DNA of 64,000 nucleotides. It comes from Octopus sinensis (lineage: Eukaryota). Where the stretch lies: assembly GCF_006345805.1 (NCBI RefSeq), contig NC_043005.1:35898001-35962000 (forward strand), read 5' to 3'. Below, one piece after another: positions 1 through 13,502 of this stretch; position 1 is the stretch's first letter; each line of letters starts with the position of its first letter. Both the position numbers and the translations under genes were made by a program. The notes under the pieces were generated by a model, which saw only the letters and a list, made by a program, of their open reading frames with translations, made no database searches and was not told where the DNA came from.

Positions 1-240
1 TCCGTGCTGGTGGCACGTAAAAAGCACCAATCCGATCGTGGCTGTTGCCAGCCTCGCCTGGCACCTGTGCCGGTGGCACGTAAAAAGCACCCACTACACT
101 CACGGAGTGGTTGGCGTTAGGAAGGGCATCCAGCTGTAGAAACACTGCCAGATCAGACTGGAGCCTGGTGCAACCTTCTGGCTTCCCAGATCCCCGGTCA
201 AACCGTCCAACCCATGCTAGCATGGAGAACGGACATTAAA

Positions 241-283
<43 letters not shown>

Positions 284-296
284 TAATAATAATAAC
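1..296 (+). mobile_element. Short RTE-derived retroposon (family D), 3' part, with (AAT)n tail
   Basis: Subrepeats ggtggcacgtaaaaagcacc, motif gttggcgttaggaagggcatccagc, end ccaacccatgctagcatgg...ttaaatga. Same family at 4365-4560, 13503-13995, 19165-19395 (+) and 9445-9630, 32668-33010 (-). Confidence 0.75.
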
Positions 297-1549
297 CTGA
301 TATACAGTTTTACTATTTGTTTTGTAGTTTATGTGAGAGACAACTATTGTTTTTTTTGTTATTTCTTTGTTTAATGCAGAGTTTTTACATCAATTGTAGG
401 TGGTAGTGGTGGTCATGGTGGAGTATCATGTTGTTCCTAGTTCACAAGAAGAGGCTGGCTATTATTGGGGTGTAATTGGAGTTTTTTTTTTTTTATTGTT
501 TTAAATTATTTACATGGCCTTGTTGACTGCATTTATAACTATTTAAAAAAATAGTTTAGCAATCTAGGGAGTGGTCAAATGGGGTTAAGATAATTCATAA
601 ACAAGATGACAGTTCCAATGTCGGATAACAAAGTTCAGCATTACACTGTACTAGGTAATTGTTAAGTAGCAGACAGGAAGCTTAGTGAAATAGTATATAC
701 TATATAAACAGTAGTATATGAATACTATATAAATAGTAATTACTAGACTGTTTGTCAGGATTGCAAAACACTAACATTGTAAAAGATAAAAAAAAAGGAT
801 CTGACGCTCATAGTTGTATGGCTGTTTGTTGCTCATTAGATTGTAATTAAGCAGTGCTAATGAAGGAAAGACAAATCCATAAATAAAATTCTGAAATGTA
901 ATATGAAGTTGGTGGTGGTGGTGGTGGTAGTCATCCTTGACAACCACCACTGCCACTAACATCATCACCACTACTACTACACCACCAGTATCACTACCGC
1001 TGCCACTGCCACTACCACCACCATCATCATCATCATCACTACTCCTGTTGGCGTTGTCATCATTAGTGGTGGCATCTTCATCAACATCATTGTTGTTGTT
1101 TTAATGTACATTTTTCCATGCTTGCAAGGGCCAGATGCTGTTCCTGTCACTAAACCTCTCCCTGTTACCAAGCAAGGTATTTCCTCTCGAGCCCTTCAAA
1201 TATGAATAGCAGAATGACCAGACCTGACATCACAGAAGACAGCAAACAACATAGATTAATTCCTCAAATGTAATGCTTATTCATTCACATTGTTTTGAAT
1301 TTATCATGCATTATCTTGTAGCTTCAAAATTCTAATGACATGATTGTGTACTTTTAGAACGACACTGTAGAGTTGGTGTGAGAAGCCAGATCTAGCCAGT
1401 TTGAACAAAAACTGGTAAAATATTTGGGCCAGATATGGCCAGTTTAAATGCTAAAGGTTTAAATAATTTACTGTGATGCATTTTGTTTTGTATCTTTTAA
1501 TTTTTGTCTCCCTGAAGTAGAGAGAATAGATGCAAATATATTGAACAAT

Positions 1550-1945
1550 GGGCATAGGAGTGGCTGTGTGGTAAGCAGCTTGCTTACCAGCCACATGGTT
1601 CTGGGTTCAGTCCCACTGCATCGCACCTTGGGCAAGTGTCTTCTACTATAGCCTCAAGCCGGCCAAAGCCTTGTGAGTGGATTTGGTAGATGGAAACTGA
1701 AAGAAGCCTGTTTTATATATGTATATATGTATGTATGTGTGTGTATGTGTTTGTGCCCCCAACATCGCTTGACAACCGATGGTGGTGTGTTTATGTCCCT
1801 GTAACTTGGCAGTTTGGCAAAAGAGACCGATAGAATAAGTACTAGGCTTACAAAGAATAAGTCCTGGGGTCGATTTGCTCGACTAAAGGTGGTGCTCCAG
1901 CATGGCTACAGTCAAATGACTGAAACATGTAAAAGAGTAAATGAG
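1550..1945 (+). mobile_element. tRNA-derived CORE-like SINE (family A) with internal (TA/TG)n
   Basis: A box tggctgtgtgg, B box ggttcagtcc, CORE-like gcaccttgggcaagtgtctt, tail cagtcaaatgactgaaac. More than 15 copies in the window. Confidence 0.85.
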
Positions 1946-2233
1946 TAATGGTTTCATGGTTAAGAATTTCACTTTGCAATAACAAGGTTTTTTGGTTGAG
2001 CCTCACTGTGCTCTACTGTAGGAGGAGCACATGTCTTATGTAAATGTCACAGGTTGACAAAAACCTTGTGTAGGGATTTTTGCAGAAAGAAACTAAAGAT
2101 AAGTCATTTGTACATATATACATCTGTATGTGTGTGTATGTGCATGTGTGGGACCAAACTCAAAACTGCATAGTTGTAAAGCAAGCTTGTTAACCTCGCA
2201 GCTAAGCATGCACCTATTGATATAATAACAAAA

Positions 2234-2462
2234 GGCGGCGAGCTGGCAGAAACGTTAGCATGCTGGGCGAAATGCGTAGCCGTATTTCGTCTGCTGTTAC
2301 ATTCTGGGTTCAAATTCCGCTGAGGTCGACTTAGCCTTTCATCCTTTCGGGGTCGATGAATTTAGTACCAGTTACGCACTGGGGTCAATGTAATCGACTT
2401 AATACCTATGTCTGTCCTTGTTTGTCCCCTCTGTGTTTAGCCCTTTGTGGGTAGTAAAGAAA
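2234..2462 (+). mobile_element. tRNA-related SINE (family B) with 13-bp TSD
   Basis: Head ggcggcgagctggcag, B box ggttcaaattcc, central gaggtcgac..gcctttcatcctttcggggtcgat (Meta/MESC-like from memory). TSD gatataataacaa at 2219-2231 and 2463-2475. Confidence 0.85.
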
Positions 2463-4834
2463 GATATAATAACAATAATGATCTAAATAATATCTTCTGT
2501 GGTGTTGACTGAACATGTTGGTAGAGACATGGGTGAAACTGTGCCATAGAGAAGACTCTACAAAGACATAGAAGAGTTCAGGTGTGGCAGCAAGGGTTTT
2601 GAATGGATTTATTTGTGTGACTGCAACAGCTGGTAAAGAACATATTATATTTAGAACACTTTAAAACATTGAGTGTAGATGATAATTAGTGTGGTGTGTG
2701 GGTGGATGGGTTGGGTGCAGGGAAGAGGAATTATGTTGTGTTAAAAGAAAATATGAATGGGTCAGAGGTAGTTGTAACATCTTGACTGGTATTTGAGGGA
2801 GGGGGTGTTAGGAGCAGTACAAATTGTGAAAGAGGGGGAGGAGAGCATGGTAGGAGGTGAATATGTGAAGTAGTAGTGGTAGGAGGTGAAACAGAAGTAT
2901 AAAACAAGATGTAGAGTAAGAAAGTTGAAAGGAGAAGATACAGAGCATCAAGAAAAAGCTAACAACAATCAACATTCTAAAAATTCTTTGAAAAGCTAGT
3001 ATTTTGAGTAAAAGTTGTTTGTGTGTTACATGTTTATAGTTTGCAATGGCTGTATGCCCTAAAGTTTTCAACATAGTGGCATGCAGACACAATATCAAGA
3101 GATTATAAATAGAGAGAAAATTAGTGAATGGCTGATGGCTTCTTCAGTTAATGAATATATTTGGGTGTTAACCAGAAACTGCCTCTATCTCTGCCTCACT
3201 AATATTTCCCTTCTCTGTATTCATTTAAATATACATAAATGCACAGATATGAATTTTTAATTGGGTATGTATGTGCACAAATTCCTTAATCTTGTCACAG
3301 AAAAATCTGAATATTTGTGGTTATTTAATCCTTTTGTTACCATATTTCCACTGAAATACACTGTCTTTGTTTTAATTAATTTTGAAAATAACAAAGAATT
3401 TAGTAAAATAATTTTATCAGTTAAGCTGGTGCTTGAAACAAAAATATCAACATGAAATTTTGATGGAAAGTTTTATATAGGGACAGGCATGGCTGGGTGG
3501 TAAGAAGCTTGCCTTCCAACCACAAGGATCTGGATTCAGCCCAAGTGTGTGTGGCACCTTGAAGTGACCCTCTACAAAGCTAATCAATACAGAAGTCTCA
3601 CCTATGCGACTTGTTGAAAGACAAGTAATTTGTTATAGCAGCTGACACTACAATGGTTGTGGTTACAAGTTGTATGCCACATCTTATACATGTGTCTTCT
3701 ATTATCTTAAGCGGACCAGTGTCAGAGTCCTAACTCTGGATTAATTAGCAAGTCATGGAAGTGCCTCCAGAAGAAGGTCACTCAGAGACACCTTAACAGA
3801 CCAAGAGCAGATGAGGCCCTCCATATAAATCCTACATTCTGATAATTATTGAACTTGTGGCACTTGTTGAACCGGGACAATAAAAGTTTGAAGGATAAAA
3901 GAGTGGGACTATCTCTAATATAATAATAAACCCCTGCTGTTGTATAACACTGCAAAGAGTTAAGATGGGTCATCTAAATGGGAATAAACATAAATAAAAA
4001 CAAATAAACAACTCTTTTGATACCAACCTGCCCATGATCTGAGACCACACCTGGTTCTATGATACAAACTTCCAGTTGTGATCTGAATTAAAACCTTTTT
4101 GATACAAACCATCCCAAGGCTGCCAGTTTTAAAGTAATGTAAAACTTTTCATCAAAATTTCATGAGGATTTATAATCTAAACAGCTGCTTCATAAGTTTT
4201 CTTTTTTTCTCGATTGTCTGATTATTAAGTATAAACATTTCAGCACCACCCCTATTAGATTTCAGGTGGAATATATTATAATTCAAAGTGATGTGCTGGC
4301 AGAATTGTTAAGTTATCAGACAAAATGTTTAGCAGAATTTTTTCTGGCTCACCATGTTCATGTAAAAGTGTCCATGCAGTGCCATGTAAGAGCACTCGCT
4401 ACACTCGGTGAAGTGGTTGGTGTTAGAAAGGGCATCCAGCCATAGAAACCATGCCAAATCAATCTGGAGTTTGGTGCAGCCCCCACAGCTTACCATCTTT
4501 GGTCAAGCTGTCCAACCCATGCCAGCATGAACAATGGATGCTAAATGATGGTGATGATAATGAAATGTAGAATATTTCGTCTGAAGAAGTGTAATGAAAT
4601 GATTAAGGCTCCAGTTACTCTTAAACTATGAACCTTGATCTACTTTGCTCCCTACAAAAGAATACAGTCTAACCTCATCAATAAATTGCAACTGGCTTGT
4701 CAAGTTGATATTTTTTTTGTTTTTTTTTTTACCTTGAGCCATAGGACTAGTTTTTGTTACATATAAGTGACCAATATTACAACATTCCCCCTGTAGCTGG
4801 GTTCAAGGCCTGAAATGTTTAAGGAGATTCTTTT

Positions 4835-5255
4835 ATTCTTTTACTTGCTTCAGTCATTTGACTGTGACCATGCTGAAGCACTGCCTTAAAGGGTTTTTAG
4901 TTAAAGAAATTGACCCCAGGACTTATTCATTGTAAGCCTAGTACTTATTCTATCAGTCTCTTTTGCTGAACTGCTAAGTTACAGGGACATAAACACGCCA
5001 GCATCGGTTGTCAAGTGATGGTGGCAGAGACAAACACATACACACACAAACACACACACATATATGTATGTATATATAAATATCTATATGACAGGCTTCT
5101 TTTAGTTTCCGCCTGCCAAATCCACTGACAAGGCTTTGGTTGATCTAAGACGACAATAGAAGACACTTACCCAAGATGCCATGCAGTGGGACTGAACTCA
5201 AAACCATGTGGTTGAGAAGCAAGTTTCTTACCATATAGCCATGCCTGCACCTGTT
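4835..5255 (-). mobile_element. Family A SINE, decayed
   Basis: Reverse-complement match to 1550-1945. Confidence 0.8.
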
Positions 5256-7442
5256 CACACAGTCACGCTTGCACCTATGATGGGGGTCAAATCAATTACA
5301 TCAACTTAGTACTTGACTGGTACTTTGTTTTATTAAGGATGAAATGCAAAACTGACCTCGGCAAGATTTGAAAGCTAAACATAGTAAGCCAGAAGAAATG
5401 CAACTATGCATTTTGTTTGACAACTTAATTCTGCCAGCTCGTCACATTGAATTTACAATATATTCTACCTGAAATCTAATAAGGGTGGGGCTGAAATATT
5501 TATACTTAACAATCAAACAAATGAGAAAAAAAAAGTAGTTAATAAGAAACGTTTGCTAAGCAGTCCAGTAACCTTGCACTAACTTGCTTCCTATTTTACA
5601 ATGACCAATAATAATAACAGTCACTAGCCACTACAACATGGCAGTAATATGATCCATCCTTAACAACAAGAACAATATCAGGTCTATTAAACAATACCCA
5701 ATAATCAATGACATCAGTAAAAGATGTCTTTGATCAAATAACAGTGTGTTGTCAATATAGATGACCTCTATGACCAATGAAATCACTTAACATGATGCTA
5801 AACATGGTCACTCGAGCTAATACAGGATCACAATGCAATAACAGCTCATTAGGCTAATATATAGAATATTAATTATGGCATGAATAATAACCACTCTGAC
5901 CATCAGTACACAAAGCTAACTTAAATATGGCCATTGTAATAAAACAGAAGAGTAACCTTTATCATTGAGGACAGATCCTATTGATTTTTGTATATTTGTT
6001 CAAACTCCATAAGAGTGTAGTGTCCAACATACATTACATTAACAAATATGTTGCCAGTCTTGAAAATATAATTACAGACATAAAGCAAACTGTATAGATG
6101 AATATTAAGATCCCTCACACCTTCCCTTATTCACAACACCCACCCTTCCCAACCTCTACAAGTGCCACCTGCTCTTCCCTACCTCCCCTACATACCATCC
6201 ACTTGACATTTGTTCATTATACATTGTAATCACTGCTCCACCCATACTTTATATCTCACTTTCTCATACAATCTAGCAACCTCCATCTAGTCACATTCCA
6301 GGTTTTTCTGCTTCCAATTTTTTCCGCACCTTGAAGGCACACACCCAAACACCTCACCACCACTACTTTTATAACTTACCCCATTCTACCCTAATTACCC
6401 CCACCCAACCTTTCTTCTATAGAGTAGCCTGTGGCTCTTCTCAAGCAAGAAACCTTTTCGACTGTTGCCACTTGTCTCATACTTTAACACCTCATCTCCT
6501 TGTGCAAAGTTGGCTCTCTTGAGGTTTGTAATTGTATGAATACAACAACCAGTACACACTGAAAAGTGGTTGTTATTAGGAAGGGCATCCAGCTGTAGAA
6601 ACCATATTAAAGCTGATGCCAGAGCATGATGCACTCTTTGACCCATTGAAGATGACAGAGAATACTCTCAAGCTACAAGAAGGTGTGAGAAAGAATATGA
6701 CCAGAGAAAGGAGAGCTGTGGTGGGTTAGTTTACAAGAATCAAGGAGGAGAGTGGAAAGTGGTTAGGGATGAGTGTAGAGGTTAATATTGATAATAATGA
6801 GCAAGGATGGATGTGTGGTTGATAGTAAACATCAATATGGAGGAGAAGGTAAAATTAAGAGCTTGGAAAGGAGGAGGTGACAGGTGACAATGCAAAAACC
6901 AGTAGGAGAGTAGCAGTATAATATGCTTAGAGATAGATCAGAAAATATGGAAAACCTGACGATAGATCAGAAAATAAGGAGATCGAGGTGGGAGAATGGA
7001 AAGAGAGAGATATACATACACATACAACAGGCTTCTTCACACTTTGCCTGAACCAAATTTATTCACAAGACAACATTGGTCAGTCTAGGGTGAAAGAAAA
7101 CACTTGCCCAAGATGTGACATACAGTGGAACTGAACTTAAATGCACACAGATGCAAAGCAGCCTTCTTAACCACATAGCCATGCCAACACCTGGTACAGA
7201 ATGAAATACTTCTAACAACTATTAACCACTTTACACAGCAAAATATAATTTAATAAACAAAGAATTCATTCTAAATTTTTTTAACAGGTGATTCTTGTAT
7301 GGTAGTTTTGGCAAGGCCTGTTGTGAACTGACAAGAAACACAATATTGGATAAAACTATCTAGATTTTCAAGATTAAACAACCAATGAATAGTTCCAAAT
7401 GCAAGTAGGAGACAGTTTTCAAACTTTGGTTAGCTCTATGCG

Positions 7443-7773
7443 GCACTCTGCCGATTACGATGATGAGGGTTCCAGCTGATATGATCAATGGAACAGACTG
7501 CTCGTGAAATTAATATGCAAGTGGCTGAGCACTCCACAGACACATGTACCCTTAATGTAGTTCTTGGAGAGATTCAGTGTGACAAGGCTGGCCCTTTGAA
7601 ATACAGGTACAACAGAAACAGGAAGAAAGAGTGAAAGAAAGTTGTGGAGCTTTAGGTGTTTTCGCTCAATAAACACTCACAATGCCCAGTCTTGGAACCG
7701 AAACCGCAATCCTATCACCACGATCTAATGACCGTGAATCTGCTGCCATAACTACTGGGCCATTGCACCTCCA
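7443..7773 (-). mobile_element. tRNA-derived SINE (family C), CpG-decayed copy
   Basis: Collinear with 45882-46260, with many CpG->TpG/CpA changes and internal deletions. Confidence 0.85.
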
Positions 7774-8027
7774 TGGTTAGTTCTACACTGACACTGATTA
7801 GTTAGAGAGGGTGAGGTGGGGGTGGGGTTAAACTCTGACTTTAATGAATATCATTTAACACAGACTAATTCATTAAGATTTGAAATATTTAAATTAGTTT
7901 CAAACATAGCTGTGTGGTTATGAGGTTCACTTCGTAATCTCATGGTTTCATGATTAGTCCCACTGCATCTCCCCTATAACTCTGGACAAATCAAAGCATT
8001 GTAAGTAGAGTTGACAGATGGAAACAA

Positions 8028-8073
<46 letters not shown>

Positions 8074-8074
<1 letters not shown>

Positions 8075-8270
8075 TAATTCAAACATGAACAAAGAGAGAA
8101 CACAACAACGTGAGGACGTGGAACAAGTATAGTGTTATTGGACGTTCAGAAAGGGAAAGAAAGAAGGAGGATTTAATGTTTCGAGCAGAGCTCTTCATCA
8201 GAAACATAGAAAAAGAATGGTCCAAGGAAGGGAAGACAGAGAAAGAAAATCACCAACGATACACACGCGA
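8074..8270 (-). mobile_element. Penelope-like pLTR-derived short element in (TA)n, carrying a minimal hammerhead
   Basis: Flanked by (TA)n on both sides, homologous to 29221-29430, hammerhead core at 8171-8205. Confidence 0.7.
8171..8205 (-). ncRNA. Minimal type I hammerhead ribozyme, cleavage region mutated
   Basis: Minus strand GUUU CUGAUGA A GAGC UCU GCUC GAAA CAUU AAAU; ACGU has decayed to ACAU relative to the 29.3 kb copy. Confidence 0.6.
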
Positions 8271-8289
8271 TATATATATTATATAAGAG

Positions 8290-8660
8290 CAGTTATGGCA
8301 GTGTGGTAAGAAGCTTGCTTCCCAACAACATGGTTCCAGGTTCAGCCCCCTGCATGGCAACTTGAGCAAGTGTCTTCAGCTCTAGCCTTGGGCCAACTAA
8401 AGCCTTGTGAGTGAATGTGGTAGACAGAAACTGAAAGAAGCCCGTCATAAGTATATAATTATGTGTATTGGTTTTTGTTCCTACTATTGCTTGAAAATCA
8501 ATGCTGGTGTGTTTACATCCCAAGTAACTTAACAGTTTGGCAAAAATGACCGATAGAATAAGCACTAAGCTTACAACGAATAAGTCCAGGGGTTGATTTC
8601 TTTGACTAAAATCCTTTAAGGTAGCACTACAACATGCCCGCAGTCAAATGAATAAAAGAA
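8290..8660 (+). mobile_element. Family A SINE, decayed
   Basis: A/B boxes, CORE-like segment and tail match 1550-1945. Confidence 0.8.
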
Positions 8661-9645
8661 TATATCAGAAAATTGAGATAAACGTTTAAGTTCCCTACAT
8701 ACATTTCACCATTGCAGTTATTTGTAACACAGCATTGGATGTTCCAAGTACATTCGGATGTGTAATAGCAATGGATCATCAAAGGAACATTTCATTGCAT
8801 TCAAAACATGCAATGCTGAGTCTCAAGTAATTGCAAAGAACAAATAGTTTATCCTAATTTCCTCCTACATAATACGTTCTGTATATCCTAACTAGTAATA
8901 CTGCCAGGTAAATTGGTAGACTAACCAGTATACTGGATAATAGTGATAATCCACCTGGAACCTCTTACTGATCTATTAGTCATACATCTAACAGTGCACA
9001 AGTGTTAAAAGTCTCCATAGTTTTGTGTGTGAATGTGAACAGAAAATAATGACACAGGAAGTCAGGTCATAAAAGTTTTTAAAAAAATAATTAAAAGATA
9101 TGTATTTTATTGAAATATAAATAATTGAGTTTAAGGGTGAGGTTATAAGTTTATATATATGACTGAGAAATATTCTATACAACTACTACAACTATAGTAG
9201 TAGTAGTAGTAGTAGTAGTTATTGTTGTATAAAACATGTCACTTAATAGTATGACTTATTTACAAGGAATGATAGCCGCAATTTATGTAGTGGCAATACA
9301 AGTAGGTGGGTAAAGACTCACAATATCTACTTGTTTATCTTATCTGTCCCCCACTTTATATCTGTATATATCTATAAGTGTGTGAATGTGTACACACTCA
9401 GACACACACACACACACACATATATATATGTATGTATGTATCATTATCATCATCGTCATTTAACATCCATGTTCCATGCTAGCATGGGTGAGATGGTACA
9501 AGAGCTGGCCAGACTGAAGCCTGCACTAGACGTCTGTGACTGTTTTGGCAGAATTTTTACAGCTGGATGCCCTTCCTAATACTAAACACTCAGCAGAGTG
9601 GACTTAGTGCTTTTTATGTGGCACAAGCACAAGGGAGATCATGTA

Positions 9646-9677
<32 letters not shown>

Positions 9678-10364
9678 TAGACTATCTGTGACCCATTGGG
9701 TCACCAGGAAAGTTTGAGTTTCCCACCAATGGAGTTTTGTTTTGTGGGGGTATTTTTTCTATTCCAAGTTATTTTACATGATATCAAGGAATGTGACATC
9801 GAAATCACATGTAAATGGCTCCTTTCCCTACCTAAAAAAGATTTGGCTGCTCTTTCTTGCATGCCCTGCTACCACGAAACAAGTATTTTGACCCTTTATC
9901 TCAAACAGCCGTTACGTGGTAGCATGGCGGGCTAGAAATAGCAGGCAAATCTTTGGAAGTGAGATACGTTGAATGCACTCAAAGAAACCTATGGAAAAAA
10001 AACTATTTCACACTGAGGTTACAAACGGGTGTTTTACAAAATATTTATTATATTTTTACAGTCATTTTCACTTAAAAATATTTTGCCCATCATAATGTGT
10101 CTAATGGAAAGGTTAGAGTTTCTTCCCTTTCAGGGTTAAGTTATTTTTGGAGTATTTTCCTGTTGAACACTCTTTTGGGTATTTATATCCGCAAAACCCA
10201 GAAAATCTCAATAATCACTAGTCTGATTTACACAAACTTGTTTTATTCCGTTTGTATTCACATTTCAGGGGCAATTTACTTTCAAAGTATCTTCCCATTA
10301 TATGCCAATTTAGCTGTGTAATATTGCAAGCAAGCAAGCAAGATTGAAGTTCACTTTTAATGTA

Positions 10365-10383
10365 TTATATATATATATATATA

Positions 10384-10419
<36 letters not shown>

Positions 10420-11697
10420 TTTTTTTGTATAGACGCAGGAGTGGCTGTGTGGTAAGTAGCTTGCTTACCAACGACATGGTTCCGGGTTTATTCCCACTGC
10501 ATTGCACCTTGAGCAAGTGTCTTCTACTATAGCCTCGGGCCGACTATAGCCTTATGAGTGGATTTGATAGACAGAAATTGAAAGAAGACCATCCTATACA
10601 TGTATATATATATATATATGTGTGTGTGTGCGTATATGTTTGTGTGTCTGTGTTTGTCGCCCCAGCATCGCTTGACAACCGATAGTGGTGTGTTTATGTC
10701 CCTGTAACTTAGCAGTTCGGCAAAAGAACTGATAGAAGAAGTACTAGGCTTACAAAGAATAAATCCTGAGATCGATTTGCTCGACTAATGGTGGTGCTCC
10801 AGCATGGCTGCAGTCAAATGACTGAAACAAGTAAAAGCGAAAGAGAGAAAGATATATATATGTGATGGCTGCAAACTTGTGTGTGAGTACTGTCATCACC
10901 TGATCGAAAGTCCCACACATGTGAAGGCTACAATCAACCATTTTTGTGATAAGTCTTACTTTCTTTTTAAGTGATGCCTGTGAATGATGATGTTTTTTAT
11001 AATGGGAAAAGGATTTGCATAAATTCAATCCCACTCTCTAAACATGGACGACATAATATTAGTTATTGTAGTATAAAATATGTCATTTTAATAATACATG
11101 ACATATTTACAACGAATGATAGCCACAATTTATGTAGTGGCAATACAAGTAGGTGGGTAAAAACTCACAATATCTACTTGTTTATCTTATCTCACTCTTT
11201 ATATCTATATATATCTATAAGTATGTGGGTATGTATGTGTGTGTGTGTATTTGAGTGTGTGAATGCACACACATACACACACATACACACACACACACAT
11301 ATATGGTTGGGAAAGGATTTGCATAAATCCAATCCCACTCTCTGAATATAGACAATATAAACTCGAAAAGAAGAACTAGTCTACATCATCGAATATTGTC
11401 AGTGTTGCAGGTTTTCTCCCAGAGTTTCCCTGTCCTAGAGAGATGTTGCGATAACAACAGAGGGGCCTCCCACTTCCAGTGGGCCAACAGTGCACCTGAG
11501 CAACAACTCAGGTATTTTCACGTCCCTGTGCTTGACTGTGGTCATGCTGGAGCACCAACGTTAGTTGAGAAAATCGACCCCAGGACTTATTCTTTGTAAG
11601 CCTAGTACTTATTGTATCGGTCTGCTAAGTTACGGGGACGTAAACACATCAGCATCAGTTGTCAGGCGATGTTGGGGGGACAAACACAGACGCACAA

Positions 11698-11740
<43 letters not shown>

Positions 11741-12161
11741 CGATGGGCTTCTTTCAGTTTCTGTCTACTAAATCCACTCACAAGGCTTTGGTCAACCCAA
11801 GGTTATAGTAGAAAACTCTTGCCCAAGGTGCCAGGCAGTGGCACTGAACCCGGAACCATGTGGTATGTGGTTCATAAGCAAGCTACTTACCACACAGTCA
11901 CTCCTACGCCTATATATATATATAATATATATATATAAATATTTATATATATATATATATAATATATATATATATATGGTTTTTTTGTATAGACGCAGGA
12001 GTGGCTGTGTGGTAAGTAGCTGCTTACCAACGACATGGTTCCGGGTTTATTCCCACTGCATTGCACCTTGAGCAAGTGTCTTCTACTATAGCCTCGGGCC
12101 GACTATAGCCTTATGAGTGGATTTGATAGACAGAAATTGAAAGAAGACCGTCCTATACATG

Positions 12162-12193
<32 letters not shown>

Positions 12194-13502
12194 CGTATAT
12201 GTTTGTGTGTCTGTGTTTGTCGCCCCAGCATCGCTTGACAACCGATAGTGGTGTGTTTATGTCCCTGTAACTTAGCAGTTCGGCAAAAGAACTGATAGAA
12301 GAAGTACTAGGCTTACAAAGAATAAATCCTGAGATCGATTTGCTCGACTAATGGTGGTGCTCCAGCATGGCTGCAGTCAAATGACTGAAACAAGTAAAAG
12401 CGAAAGAGAGAAAGATATATATATGTGATGGCTGCAACTTGTGTGTGAGTACTGTCATCACCTGATCGAAAGTCCCACACATGTGAAGGCTACAATCAAC
12501 CATTTTTGTGATAAGTCTTACTTTCTTTTAAGTGATGCCTGTGAATGATGATGTTTTTTATAATGGGAAAAGGATTTGCATAAATTCAATCCCACTCTCT
12601 AAACATGGACGACATAATATTAGTTATTGTAGTATAAAATATGTCATTTTAATAATACATGACATATTTACAACGAATGATAGCCACAATTTATGTAGTG
12701 GCAATACAAGTAGGTGGGTAAAAACTCACAATATCTACTTGTTTATCTTATCTCACTCTTTATATCTATATATATCTATAAGTATGTGGGTATGTATGTG
12801 TGTGTGTGTATTTGAGTGTGTGAATGCACACACATACACACACACACACACACACACATATATGGTTGGGAAAGGATTTGCATAAATCCAATCCCACTCT
12901 CTGAATATAGACAATATAAACTCGAAAAGAAGAACTAGTCTACATCATCGAATATTGTCAGTGTTGCAGGTTTTCTCCCAGAGTTTCCCTGTCCTAGAGA
13001 GATGTTGCGATAACAACAGAGGGGCCTCCCACTTCCAGTGGGCCAACAGTGCACCTGAGCAACAACTCAGGTATTTTCACGTCCCTGTGCTTGACTGTGG
13101 TCATGCTGGAGCACCAACGTTAGTTGAGAAAATCGACCCCAGGACTTATTCTTTGTAAGCCTAGTACTTATTGTATCGGTCTGCTAAGTTACGGGGACGT
13201 AAACACATCAGCATCAGTTGTCAGGCGATGTTGGGGGGACAAACACAGACGCACAAACACACACACACACACATATATATATATAATATATATATATATA
13301 TACGATGGGCTTCTTTCAGTTTCTGTCTACTAAATCCACTCACAAGGCTTTGGTCAACCCAAGGTTATAGTAGAAAACTCTTGCCCAAGGTGCCAGGCAG
13401 TGGCACTGAACCCGGAACCATGTGGTATGTGGTTCATAAGCAAGCTACTTACCACACAGTCACTCCTACGCCTATATATATATATAAATATATATATATA
13501 TA
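10365..13502. repeat. Near-identical direct tandem duplication, unit ~1.56 kb
   Basis: 10441 matches 12001; duplicated ORFs 11396/12955 are identical; all junctions lie in (TA)n. Each unit holds a + and a - family A SINE. Confidence 0.95.
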
